From contig JADJXK010000002.1 of the NCBI GenBank assembly GCA_016710325.1, forward strand, positions 946,622 to 1,010,621: a stretch of DNA of 64,000 nt, written 5' to 3'. Under the pieces are notes generated by a model. It saw only the letters and a list, made by a program, of their open reading frames with translations. It made no database searches and had not been told where the DNA came from. This stretch comes from Candidatus Leptofilum proximum. Lineage in GTDB: Bacteria; Chloroflexota; Anaerolineae; Promineifilales; Promineifilaceae. Positions 1 to 8,324 of the stretch are shown piece by piece. The translations under genes were made by a program, and so were the position numbers. Within the stretch, counting starts at the first letter, position 1; each line of letters opens with the position of its first letter.

Positions 1-695
1 GCAATATCCTGCTCATCGCCGACGTTGCCCCTCGGGAGATCGACCCGATGCCGTTTGCGCTGCTCGTGACCAGCCTGCTGCTCTGGTGGAGCGTGTATCG
101 TTACTATTTGCTGGACCTGGCGCCAGTGGCCAGAAACATTTTTGTCGACATCATGCCCAACGGCATGTTGGCCATCGACAGCCGGGAGCGAATTATTGAC
201 ATCAACCAGACGATGTTAGAGGTGATTGGCGCCGAAGCCAGCCAGGTGATTGGACGGCCGTTCACCCAGGTGCTCAAGCCGTGGAAAAACATTGTCCAGG
301 ATTTGTGCAGTGACTCAAACGTTGGCACAGAAATTACGGTTGGCGACCGGTGGTTTGACCTGCAAGTTAAACCGCTCACCAACCGCAAGGGTGAAATGCA
401 GGGGCGGATCATCGTCTTGCATGATATTTCCCAGCGCAAACAGATGGAAGCAGAGCGCGAACGGCTCATTGTCTCCCTGCAAGACGCCCTGTCTGAGGTT
501 AAAAAGCTAAGCGGCCTACTGCCGATTTGCGCCAGCTGCAAAAAAATCCGGGATGATCAGGGGTATTGGCAGGATGTGGCTGTGTACATCCGCAACCATT
601 CTGAGGCGGAATTTACGCATGGCATGTGCCCAGAATGCATGGAAGATTTTTATAAAGAGCTGGCCAACAAGCGCCAAGGCAAAAAGAAGGAGTAG
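1..695 (+). CDS. PAS-domain sensor protein, 5' end cut by the window edge, with a C-terminal CxxC...H...CxxC module instead of a kinase
   Basis: Frame 3 is open from nt 3, and the listed ORF is 48..695. It has a TM-like segment (ALLVTSLLLWWSVY) and a PAS-like core (MLAIDSRERIIDINQTMLEVIG...GRIIVLHDISQRK). The tail reads LLPICASCKKIRDDQGYWQDV...HGMCPECM. Confidence 0.75.
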   Translation, partial: NILLIADVAPREIDPMPFALLVTSLLLWWSVYRYYLLDLAPVARNIFVDIMPNGMLAIDSRERIIDINQTMLEVIGAEASQVIGRPFTQVLKPWKNIVQDLCSDSNVGTEITVGDRWFDLQVKPLTNRKGEMQGRIIVLHDISQRKQMEAERERLIVSLQDALSEVKKLSGLLPICASCKKIRDDQGYWQDVAVYIRNHSEAEFTHGMCPECMEDFYKELANKRQGKKKE

Positions 696-710
696 TTGGC
701 AAAGTGAATT

Positions 711-1736
711 CTATGCCTGAGAGACCTTGTGGTGAACTTTAAGTAGGGCAATTTTGGTGCTGTGATTAAAGGGGGCGGGGTCGGTGATGGGCGGCGTGAT
801 TTGGGTGTGGGGGTAGCCGGTGCAATCCTCCGGCACGGGGATAAGCTGCTCAATTGCCACGTAGCCGTCGGCGCAGAGCGCTTCCAGCTCGGCCAGGTAT
901 GCGGCCCCGCTGACGTACAGGGCGTTGTTGATGGCGATGATGTGGCCGTTGTGGCGGACTAACGGCCGTACCTTGTTCACCAATCTTGCCATCCCCTGGT
1001 TTAAATCCACGGTACCTGCGGCCGTTTGCGCAAAAAACGGCGGGTCGAGAAAAACACAGTCAAACTGCTCGCCCGCCCGCTTGAGCTGGCTCATCTGCCG
1101 CCAGAAGTCCCCCGCCTGGAACAACTTTCGGTCAATGGGAAACCCATTCAGCGTGTACGAGGTTTTGGCCACATTGAGAAAGCGCTTGTTCAGGTCGGTG
1201 TGCAGTACGCGACTGGCTCCGGCAGCGGCGGCAGCGGCAGCCGCTGCCGCCAAGCCCAGGCTGCCGGTGTAAGCAAAGGTGTTCAGCACATCTTTCCCTG
1301 CCAGATTATCCAGCGCCCAGCGGCGTACATTGCGTGTGTCCAGGTAAAAGCTGGCGTCCTGGTTCAGCGTCAGGTCCAGGGCATAACGCACGCCATGCTC
1401 GCGGATTTTGGTCGTAAGCTGGCTGCCCCACACCAGCACGCCGCGCTTCTCATCGTCAGAGCCATTGCGGGATTTAACCAGAACCGCTTGCAGCCAGGGG
1501 AACTGCCCAAGCAGCAGCTGCTGAACGGCCGTTAACACCTCATGCAGTTCTTCCGGCGGATCGGCGTAGTTGTAGAGAACGGCCGTTGCCCCAAACAGCT
1601 CCACCACCAGCTGCGGGCACCCTTCCACGAAGCCGTTGAACAGGCGCACGGCCGTTTCGTGCCGCTCGTCCAGCAAAGGCAGACGAGCCTGGAGGGAATG
1701 GGTTAGGTACGGCCGTACTGTTTCTGGATCGATCAT
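711..1736 (-). CDS. Class I SAM-dependent methyltransferase, RlmI/RlmK-like (rRNA m5C type)
   Basis: 341-aa ORF. It has an RlmI-like layout with FAYTGSLG...GAS (motif I region) and the FLDPPFF catalytic motif. It contains a 10-Ala run. Confidence 0.8.
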   Translation of the reverse strand: MIDPETVRPYLTHSLQARLPLLDERHETAVRLFNGFVEGCPQLVVELFGATAVLYNYADPPEELHEVLTAVQQLLLGQFPWLQAVLVKSRNGSDDEKRGVLVWGSQLTTKIREHGVRYALDLTLNQDASFYLDTRNVRRWALDNLAGKDVLNTFAYTGSLGLAAAAAAAAAAGASRVLHTDLNKRFLNVAKTSYTLNGFPIDRKLFQAGDFWRQMSQLKRAGEQFDCVFLDPPFFAQTAAGTVDLNQGMARLVNKVRPLVRHNGHIIAINNALYVSGAAYLAELEALCADGYVAIEQLIPVPEDCTGYPHTQITPPITDPAPFNHSTKIALLKVHHKVSQA

Positions 1737-1746
1737 GGTCTGAACT

Positions 1747-1808
1747 GTAATTAGGTAATTGAGTAATTGAGTAATCTAATTACCCAATTACTTAATTACT
1801 CAATTACC
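1747..1808. repeat. Periodic hairpin repeat, GTAATTNN family (8-nt units)
   Basis: GTAATTAG GTAATTGA GTAATTGA GTAAT, loop CTA, then ATTACCCA ATTACTTA ATTACTCA ATTACC. Confidence 0.85.
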
Positions 1809-1891
1809 CCGCTATAAAAAAGCCCAGGAACCGCCGCTCCCAGGCTCTTTCTCAATTAATCTCTTAATTCTCTGCGCCCTCTGTGGCCACC

Positions 1892-3283
1892 TTAAATATG
1901 AATCGCCTCACCCTCCACCGCGTGGGCCGCTTCCATCAGCGCCTCGCTCAGGGTGGGATGGGCGTGCACATTGTGGGCGATCTCTTCGGCCGTCAGCTCC
2001 GCATTACGCGCCAGCGTCAGCTCCGGCAGCAGTTCGGTGACGTCTGGACCAATCATATGTGCCCCCAAAATCTCGCCATACTGCTTGTCGGCGATGATTT
2101 TGACAAAGCCATCCTTCTCGCCCAGCCCCAGCGCCTTGCCGTTAGCAATGAAGGGGAACTGCCCCACGTTGATCTCATAACCCGCTTCTTTGGCCTGGGC
2201 TTCGGTGTAGCCAAAGCTGGCCACCTGGGGCACGCAGTAAGTGGCGCGCGGCATCATGCGATATTCCAGCGGCGTGGTGTGTTTGCCCGCAATGGCATCG
2301 GCAGCCACAATGCCCATCGCCGAGGCAATATGGGCCAGCCGGTATTCCGTGGCCACGTCACCAATGGCGTAGATGTTAGGCACGTTGGTACGCATCTGCT
2401 CATCAATGGCAATGGCCCCGCGATCCGTCAGGTCAACACCCACGTTTTCCAGGCCGATATTTTCCACATTGGGCAGGAAGTTAATCGCCAGCATCACCTT
2501 ATCGCCTTCGAGTTTAGTGCCATCGGCCAGGGCCACCGATACGCTGCCATCGCTCTTCTCGATTTTCTCCACACGGGCATTCAGGTGCAGGTTCACACCC
2601 ATCTTCTTGTACGCTTTTTCCAGGAGATCGCTGACTTCCGGCTCTTCATTGGGCAGGAGGTGGCTCATCATTTCCACAATCGTCACCTCGACGCCGTAGT
2701 TGGCCCACATGTAGGCAAACTCCACGCCAATGACCCCGCCGCCGACGATGATCAGCTTCTCCGGCAAGGATTCAGACAGGATGGCCTCGACATACGAGAT
2801 AATCTGCTCGCCGTCGAACTCGACGCCGGGGATGGTGCGCGGCCGTGCCCCGGTGGCAATGATGATGTTTTTGCCGCTGACGGTCTGCTCCTCGCCGCTG
2901 TTCAGTGTCACCTGGATGGTGTTGGCATCCGTTAGCTTGCCGGTGCCATCAAAGACGTCGATTTTGTTCTTCTTCATGAGGAACTGCACACCCTTCACCA
3001 ACCGCCCCGAGACCTGGCGGCTGCGTTTGAAGGCAACGCTGTAATCCAGCTGCAAATCGGTGAAGGAGAAGCCAAATTCTTTGGCGCGGTGCTGCAAGGT
3101 GTGGGCCACTTCGGCATTTTTGAGCAGCGCTTTGGAAGGAATACAGCCGATGTTGAGGCAAACACCTCCCCAATACTCCCGTTCGATGATGGCCACTTTG
3201 AGCCCATTTTGGGCAGCACGGATGGCGGCCACGTAGCCCCCTGGCCCCGCGCCTAAAACGATAAGATCGTATTGATTGGTCAT
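1892..3283 (-). CDS. lpdA: Dihydrolipoyl dehydrogenase (E3)
   Basis: N-terminus MTNQYDLIVLGAGPGGYVAA (FAD fold), redox CLNIGCIPSK, NAD fold IIVGGGVIGVEFA, and C-terminal HAHPTLSE. Start chosen at the ATG at 3283 rather than the ORF start at 3379. Confidence 0.95.
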   Translation of the reverse strand: MTNQYDLIVLGAGPGGYVAAIRAAQNGLKVAIIEREYWGGVCLNIGCIPSKALLKNAEVAHTLQHRAKEFGFSFTDLQLDYSVAFKRSRQVSGRLVKGVQFLMKKNKIDVFDGTGKLTDANTIQVTLNSGEEQTVSGKNIIIATGARPRTIPGVEFDGEQIISYVEAILSESLPEKLIIVGGGVIGVEFAYMWANYGVEVTIVEMMSHLLPNEEPEVSDLLEKAYKKMGVNLHLNARVEKIEKSDGSVSVALADGTKLEGDKVMLAINFLPNVENIGLENVGVDLTDRGAIAIDEQMRTNVPNIYAIGDVATEYRLAHIASAMGIVAADAIAGKHTTPLEYRMMPRATYCVPQVASFGYTEAQAKEAGYEINVGQFPFIANGKALGLGEKDGFVKIIADKQYGEILGAHMIGPDVTELLPELTLARNAELTAEEIAHNVHAHPTLSEALMEAAHAVEGEAIHI

Positions 3284-3689
3284 AAAAAACTCCGTTTTGG
3301 GTTCAATAAGCCGCGGATTTCGCGGATTTACGCAAATTGGTTTTGCTTGGGCAGCGCCAAGAATTATACCAGCGCCCAATCGTAAATCGTAACTTGTTAA
3401 TCGTCAATGCAGGCAAACGCAGGGGGTGTACCAACAACTTGTCAGGCAAAGCAGTTAACTCACGCAAAGACGCGAAGGCACAAAGGGAATATTTAGCGTC
3501 TTTGCGACTTGGCGTGAAATTTAATGACAACTTGTTCGTAGACCTAAACGCAGGCATTTGCGAACAAGTTTCAAGAGAGATGCCATTCCCGCGTAGGCGG
3601 GAATCCACAGCTGCATCTGAGGACGCTTCCTCCTCGGCATGTTTGTGGTCGGTGAGATGAGTAGATCGCAATAAAACGGCCGCAACGCT

Positions 3690-3719
3690 TTGCCTGTGGT
3701 CTTGTGGTTTGCATATAAT
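3690..3719 (+). promoter_or_regulatory. Candidate promoter giving a leaderless mRNA for the SH3-protein gene
   Basis: TTGCCT, an 18-nt spacer, then TATAAT. The ATG at 3727 begins 8 nt after the -10 element, and there is no SD. Confidence 0.3.
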
Positions 3720-3726
3720 ACGCGCC

Positions 3727-4581
3727 ATGGGTTTTCCGACTTGGACATTGATTGGCATGGGCGTTACGGCCGTTCTTGCCCTGCTTATGACGATACTGGC
3801 CTACCTGGCCCAATCGCCGCGCGCCCTCATGCGCCTGGGACTGGTGGGCCAGCGGCTGGATTTGCGCGTGAAGCTGTTTACCGGCTACGCGCTGGCCAGC
3901 CTCATCCTGATGCTGGGCTTTTTTCTAGCCGGGGTGCCGTTGAACGCCCCCGCCACCGTGGCCGAAGCCACACCGCTCAGCGAAACGGCCGTTCTCGAAC
4001 CCACCTCAGCCGTCAGCGAAAGCGGCGCCATGGGCGCTTTGCCGCCATCATCCGAACCAACCAACTTTGTCATTATTAACGAGGATGAGCCGGAAGACGC
4101 CAGCACTACCCAAACCCCGTCCAGCGGTGCGTTTGGCGGACCGCCGCCGGGCAGCGTGGATGAGGTGGCCACGGAAGAAGTAACCCCCTCTGCCACACCG
4201 GAACAAGCCGGACCTTCCCCGACTCCCGGTGATACCAGCGAGACGGCAACGGCCGTTCCCACCAACGCCCCAGCCGACGCCAACACCGCCACTCCTAGCC
4301 CCAGCCCCACGGCAACGGCCACACCGCTGCCCACGGCCACGCCTACACCCACCATCACCCCAACGCCGATTGCTGGCGCTACGGGCACTATCAGCACCAA
4401 CGGCAGCACTCTCTGGGTGCGGCGTTCGCCGGGTGGCCAGCAGCTGGTGATTGTGCAGAATGGTGAGCTGGTGATTGTGGAAAACGGCCGTGCCAATCAG
4501 GGCGGCATCCTCTGGCGTGAAATTCGCACCGTGAACGGTATCGTGGGCTGGGTCCAGGCTGAGTTTCTAGAAGAGCAATAA
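3727..4581 (+). CDS. Membrane-anchored protein with a Pro/Thr/Ala-rich linker and a C-terminal bacterial SH3 domain
   Basis: Two TM-like segments, a low-complexity PT-rich linker, and a C-terminal TLWVRRSPGG...VIVENGRAN...WREIRTVNGIVGWVQAEFL region (SH3b-like). An alternative TTG start lies at 3709. Confidence 0.7.
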   Translation: MGFPTWTLIGMGVTAVLALLMTILAYLAQSPRALMRLGLVGQRLDLRVKLFTGYALASLILMLGFFLAGVPLNAPATVAEATPLSETAVLEPTSAVSESGAMGALPPSSEPTNFVIINEDEPEDASTTQTPSSGAFGGPPPGSVDEVATEEVTPSATPEQAGPSPTPGDTSETATAVPTNAPADANTATPSPSPTATATPLPTATPTPTITPTPIAGATGTISTNGSTLWVRRSPGGQQLVIVQNGELVIVENGRANQGGILWREIRTVNGIVGWVQAEFLEEQ

Positions 4582-4632
4582 TGTGACCAACTGGCCCGCT
4601 GTGCGTCCAAACACAAGGGAAGCAAAAAAGTC

Positions 4633-4670
4633 ATTGAGTAATTGGGTGATTAAGTAGTTACCCAATTACC
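4633..4670. repeat. Short copy of the GTAATTNN-family hairpin
   Basis: GTAATTGGGT ... ACCCAATTAC (10-bp stem) followed by TTTT. It lies downstream of the SH3-protein gene. Confidence 0.75.
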
Positions 4671-4704
4671 TTTTGAATCACCTACAGTTCAAGGAGACCA
4701 TTTC

Positions 4705-5043
4705 ATGAACCATCCAAAATACGAAGTTTACCAGGGCAATAACGGCCAGTTTTACTTCCGGCTGACCGCCCGCAACGGACAAAACATTTTGTCCAGCGAG
4801 GGATATGCCTCCAAGACAGGCTGCAAAAGCGGGATCGAATCGGTCAAAAACAACGGCACCAACGACGAGCGATTTGAGATTAAGGAAGCAGCCAACGGCA
4901 AGTTCTACTTCAGTTTGTTGGCAGCTAACGGGCAGGTGATTGGCAAGAGTCAGATGTACGCTACCGCAGAAACGTGTCAGGGCGGCATTGAGGCCGTGCA
5001 ACGTGTTGCCGCCGAAGCGGGCGTGGAAGACACGACGGCTTAA
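4705..5043 (+). CDS. YegP/UPF0339 (DUF1508) family protein, tandem repeat
   Basis: Two repeats of the NGQFYFRL.A.NGQ.I..S.GY.....C..GIESV pattern. AAGGAG SD lies upstream of the ATG. Confidence 0.85.
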   Translation: MNHPKYEVYQGNNGQFYFRLTARNGQNILSSEGYASKTGCKSGIESVKNNGTNDERFEIKEAANGKFYFSLLAANGQVIGKSQMYATAETCQGGIEAVQRVAAEAGVEDTTA

Positions 5044-5048
5044 GAGTC

Positions 5049-5116
5049 AGTAAAAAGTGAGATGTGAACGTGGCCCTTACTTCTCACTTTTTACTTTTTA
5101 CTTTTCACTCTTCTCC
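5049..5116. repeat. Hairpin plus tandem CTTTTNA-type units between convergent genes
   Basis: AGTAAAAAGTGAGA / TCTCACTTTTTACT (14-bp stem), then TTTTTAC TTTTCAC TCTTCTC. It overlaps the last codons of the ABC1 kinase gene. Confidence 0.8.
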
Positions 5117-6960
5117 CTTCCTTTTCGGTTCAAATAGAGCAGCGTCCCCGACAGCATCCCCGCGGCGCCTAAAATACTCCAGCCCAGCTGGCCAATTCGC
5201 TTTTCGATGCGTTCGTACTGGCGCAGGGTGTCCCGGTCTGCCTGCACGCGCAGACGGCCGTTTTCTGCCAGCGTCAGCAAACGTTGTACCTGGGCGGGGG
5301 TGTTGAGATACGGCCGCACCAGCTGCCACGCCGTCTCCAGGCCAAAACGCTGGCCCTCGCGGCTGGACACCAGCGCCTCGCCATACTTTTCGATGAAATA
5401 CCACGGGTTGATCTGCTCATCCAGCTGCGCCACCAGGCCAGAAACAATGCCCAGCGCCCGCCCCAGGTAAATAAAATCCTGGGGAATTTGGAAAGGAAAA
5501 TCAAACAACAGATCGCGGAACTCCTGGCCCAGCTCTTCAATTTCCGCCGGGTCGGGACGAGCCAGGTCCAGCAAGTTGCGGCCCCAGATGCGGTCCAGCA
5601 CCGCATTTTGCGCCTCGGCGATACGCACCAGGTCGGCGCCGGGCAAAAAGAAGCCCAGGTTTTGGTATGCCTCGGTGAGCTTACGGCCGTCGCGCTGCGT
5701 CACGCTCACCAACACCTGGCGCAAATTGTCACCCATCAACGAGGGCACCCGCCCCACCATGCCAAAATCCACAAAAATGAGCCAGAACGGCCGTCCGCGG
5801 CCACGATCATCGTCATCTTCAGGCGGCCAGGGGAGATCTGAGCGGGGGCGCACAAACAGGTTGCCAGGATGTGGATCAGCATGGAAAAAACCTTCACGAA
5901 AAATCTGGTCGAAGTAAGTATCCAACAGCGTCTCGGCCACCTCGCGTGGATCGATGTCAACAGCTTCCATCTCAGCCACGTTGGTAATTTTGATGGCCTC
6001 CACATTTTCCATGACAATGACCCGATCCGTACAATGCTGGCGGTAGATGGCCGGAATGTAAATGCGCTGGCTGTCGGCGTACATCTCGGCAAAACGCTCG
6101 GCGTTGTCCACCTCGGCCCGATAATCCAGCTCTTCCCACAGTGTTTTGGCAAACTCCTCCATCAGCGCGGGCACATCGGCGCGGCGGGCAATGGGCTTGT
6201 AGCGCATCGTCCAGCGGGCCACGATGCGCAGCGCTGCCAGATCCGTCTCAACGATGGCAGCAATGTTCGGCCGCTGCACTTTGACAACAACGGCCGTTCC
6301 CCGTTCTTCAGACTCATCTCTGGGGTGCAGCCAGGCGCGATGCGTTTGGCCCAGGGAAGCAGCGGCCATCGGCTTCTCTTCAAACTGGACAAAACGCGGG
6401 TAGATGTCGCCCAATTCGGCCTGGATGACGGCAAGAATGCGCCAGGCAGGTTCCGGCGTCACCTCGTCCTGCAGCCCTTGCAGCTCTTCGGTAATTTCCG
6501 GCGGCAGCACATCCACCCGGGCGCTGAGGAACTGCCCCAGCTTGATCATCACCCCGCCCATCTCCAGGGCCAGTTCACGAAAACGATGCGCCCAGCGGCG
6601 GAAGCGGCGCGGGCGGCTCTGGCGCACGGCCGCTTTCACCAGCGGCAGCCGTCCCCCAATAATGTCCCACACGACGAGATGCAAAATCACCCGGGCAAAA
6701 AAAGTGAGAATACGGCGGAAACGGCCGTCAGCACGGAAGTTTTGTGCAGGCGGCTCTGGGGGAGTAGAAGTTGCTTCTGTGGGTGGTCCCGGCTGCAGGA
6801 AACGGCCGTTTGGCGAGTAGGTGCCATTTAAATGCGGCTTTTGCTCAGCCACATCGTATTCAGTTGGCGCCCCGTCGTGCGGTCCGGCCATGTGTGTAAC
6901 CTTTTCTAGCAAAACACAAAACAAATGGCCGGTTGAAAAACGGCCGTTCATGCCCACCAT
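5098..6960 (-). CDS. ABC1/UbiB-family atypical kinase with a C-terminal TM anchor
   Basis: MIKLGQFLSARVDVLPPEI, AAASLGQTHRA, VVVKVQRP and FHADPHPGNL motifs typical of the ABC1/AarF/UbiB family. GGAG lies 4 nt before the ATG at 6960. Confidence 0.88.
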   Translation of the reverse strand: MVGMNGRFSTGHLFCVLLEKVTHMAGPHDGAPTEYDVAEQKPHLNGTYSPNGRFLQPGPPTEATSTPPEPPAQNFRADGRFRRILTFFARVILHLVVWDIIGGRLPLVKAAVRQSRPRRFRRWAHRFRELALEMGGVMIKLGQFLSARVDVLPPEITEELQGLQDEVTPEPAWRILAVIQAELGDIYPRFVQFEEKPMAAASLGQTHRAWLHPRDESEERGTAVVVKVQRPNIAAIVETDLAALRIVARWTMRYKPIARRADVPALMEEFAKTLWEELDYRAEVDNAERFAEMYADSQRIYIPAIYRQHCTDRVIVMENVEAIKITNVAEMEAVDIDPREVAETLLDTYFDQIFREGFFHADPHPGNLFVRPRSDLPWPPEDDDDRGRGRPFWLIFVDFGMVGRVPSLMGDNLRQVLVSVTQRDGRKLTEAYQNLGFFLPGADLVRIAEAQNAVLDRIWGRNLLDLARPDPAEIEELGQEFRDLLFDFPFQIPQDFIYLGRALGIVSGLVAQLDEQINPWYFIEKYGEALVSSREGQRFGLETAWQLVRPYLNTPAQVQRLLTLAENGRLRVQADRDTLRQYERIEKRIGQLGWSILGAAGMLSGTLLYLNRKGREKSEK

Positions 6961-7039
6961 TATACTCCGAACCGGCAGATAGTGCGTATTTGGGTGGGGT
7001 TACGGCCGTGTTCAAACAATTTCCCCACGTTGATGTAAA

Positions 7040-7127
7040 TAGCCATCCAGATTTCATAGGGTTCGGTGTGAAGCGCGAAACGTGAAACGTGATGCCTCTC
7101 TGGTCACGTTTCACGTTTCCCGCATCA
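7040..7127 (-). repeat. GTGAAACGT-family dispersed element, copy 1
   Basis: GAAACGTGAAACGTGA / TCACGTTTCACGTTTC (16-bp stem) plus a conserved flank. Confidence 0.8.
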
Positions 7128-7164
7128 CAACTTTCAACCTCGTGAATTTCCAAAGAACTGCCAA

Positions 7165-7198
7165 TAAAAAAGGCTTCATCCGCAGCGGATGAAGCCTT
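7165..7198 (-). terminator. Intrinsic terminator downstream of tRNA-Glu
   Basis: A perfect 14-bp inverted repeat, AAGGCTTCATCCGC / GCGGATGAAGCCTT, followed on the minus strand by TTTTTTAT. Confidence 0.6.
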
Positions 7199-7202
7199 GT
7201 GA

Positions 7203-7275
7203 TGCCCCGTAGGGGACTCGAACCCCTGTTTTAGCCTTGAGAGGGCTACGTCCTGGGCCACTAGACGAACGGGGC
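7203..7275 (-). tRNA. tRNA-Glu (anticodon CUC), CCA not encoded
   Basis: Reverse complement is GCCCCGTTCGTCTAGTGGCCCAGGACGTAGCCCTCTCAAGGCTAAAACAGGGGTTCGAGTCCCCTACGGGGCA. It has a 7-bp acceptor stem, a TAGCC/GGCTA anticodon stem with loop CTCTCAA, and a GGTTCGAGTCC T-arm. Confidence 0.9.
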
Positions 7276-7311
7276 GTTTGTGAACCCGGTTATGGGATAA
7301 ACTGCGAGCAA

Positions 7312-7340
7312 ATTCTAGCAAACGGCCGTCCCCGTGTCAA
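7312..7340 (-). promoter_or_regulatory. Sigma-70-like promoter for tRNA-Glu
   Basis: On the minus strand: TTGACA, a 17-nt spacer, then TAGAAT. The -10 element ends about 36 nt upstream of the tRNA 5' end. The spacer contains an ACGGCCGT copy. Confidence 0.55.
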
Positions 7341-7355
7341 AGAGTTGGTGATTCT

Positions 7356-8318
7356 GTGGCCACATGCCATAATCCGCCGCTCATGGCAGCATCACACAGC
7401 AACACACCGGCTGAAACGGCCGTCTCCCCCGCCTGGCACTGGCTTAGCCTGGCCCTCATCGCTCAACTGGGCTGGGGCGCCTATCCCGTCCTCCTGCGCT
7501 ATCTACAAACCGTCAGCCTGCTCCCCAGCCTCTCCTTATTGGCAGTCGGCAACTTTTTGGTGCTGCTCCTGGTGCTGGCAGTGCGCTGGCGGCAGGTGGA
7601 ATGGCCCATCTTCCGGCTGCCGCTGCTGTGGCTGTTTGGCGGCCTGGTGGTGCTGCGCGGCATCACCAACCTGTTGGCCACACGCTACACCCTGGCCATC
7701 TACGCCCAGCTCATCTACCTGATGACCCCGTTCATCGTGGCGCTGCTGAGCCGGCTGGTGCTGCACGAGCAGCTGCCGCGCCACACCTTCAAGGCGCTGA
7801 CGCTCTGCCTGGTGGGGGCGCTGCTGCTGATGGCCGGAAATTTTGGTGCGGTGGGGAGTGGAACGGCCGTCTCCCGCAACGATCTCCTGGGCATTTCCCT
7901 GGCCCTGGCCAGCTGCCTCTTCCTGGCCCTATACATGCTCGTCACCCGGCGCACCGCCCAACACCAGGCATCGGGCGATTCCCTGCTCATCGTGCATCTG
8001 ACATCACTGTTCCTCTTTTCGGGTGGGGCCAGCCTGGTCGTGGGTGAAACCTGGCAGCCTTGGACGCAGCTGGGGCCGCTGGACTGGTTTGTGTTTGGCC
8101 TGTTTGCGTTGGGGGTGCTGCTGGGGGCTAACCTGGGGCAGATTCGCTCCATTCAAAAGCTGGGCGCGCCGCTGGTGAGCAGCATGATGGCCACCCGGCT
8201 GGTAAGCGCCCTGCTGTTTGGCGCGTTTTTGCTCAACGAGCGCCTCTCCTCAGGCTGGCAGCTGCTGGGCGCCGCCATCGTTTTTGTGACGCTGACCTGG
8301 TACCTGCGCCAGCGCTGA
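7356..8318 (+). CDS. EamA/DMT-family transporter
   Basis: A 320-aa protein with about 10 TM segments and a duplicated EamA-like organisation. Confidence 0.8.
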   Translation: MATCHNPPLMAASHSNTPAETAVSPAWHWLSLALIAQLGWGAYPVLLRYLQTVSLLPSLSLLAVGNFLVLLLVLAVRWRQVEWPIFRLPLLWLFGGLVVLRGITNLLATRYTLAIYAQLIYLMTPFIVALLSRLVLHEQLPRHTFKALTLCLVGALLLMAGNFGAVGSGTAVSRNDLLGISLALASCLFLALYMLVTRRTAQHQASGDSLLIVHLTSLFLFSGGASLVVGETWQPWTQLGPLDWFVFGLFALGVLLGANLGQIRSIQKLGAPLVSSMMATRLVSALLFGAFLLNERLSSGWQLLGAAIVFVTLTWYLRQR

Positions 8319-8324
8319 GCTTGC

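Noticed and set aside
1811-1850. An apparent terminator hairpin downstream of lpdA (AAAAAAGCCCAGG...CCCAGGCT).
   Set aside because: The two GC-rich blocks are direct repeats, not inverted, so no stable stem forms on either strand.
1883-2935. Long ORFs antisense to well-supported genes. Examples are 1883..2935 opposite lpdA, 10102..10968 and 11035..11922 opposite the carboxypeptidase, 20379..21425 and 21920..22966 opposite the ABC genes, 12300..13769 opposite the NHL protein, 15402..16352 opposite the PBP, 47157..48526 opposite the Kelch gene, 57171..58631 opposite the peroxidase fusion, and 61089..61829 opposite the RIO kinase.
   Set aside because: The translations are low-complexity and rich in Arg, Gly, Ala, His and Gln, as expected for shadow ORFs in GC-rich DNA. 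In every case the opposite strand encodes a protein with clear family motifs.
3303-3813. ORFs 3303..3758, 3337..3660, 3521..3748 and 3571..3813 in the lpdA / SH3-gene intergenic region.
   Set aside because: They overlap one another in several frames and run through repeat and hairpin elements (IPAYAGM / RLRGN-type translations). There is no SD and no recognisable domain.
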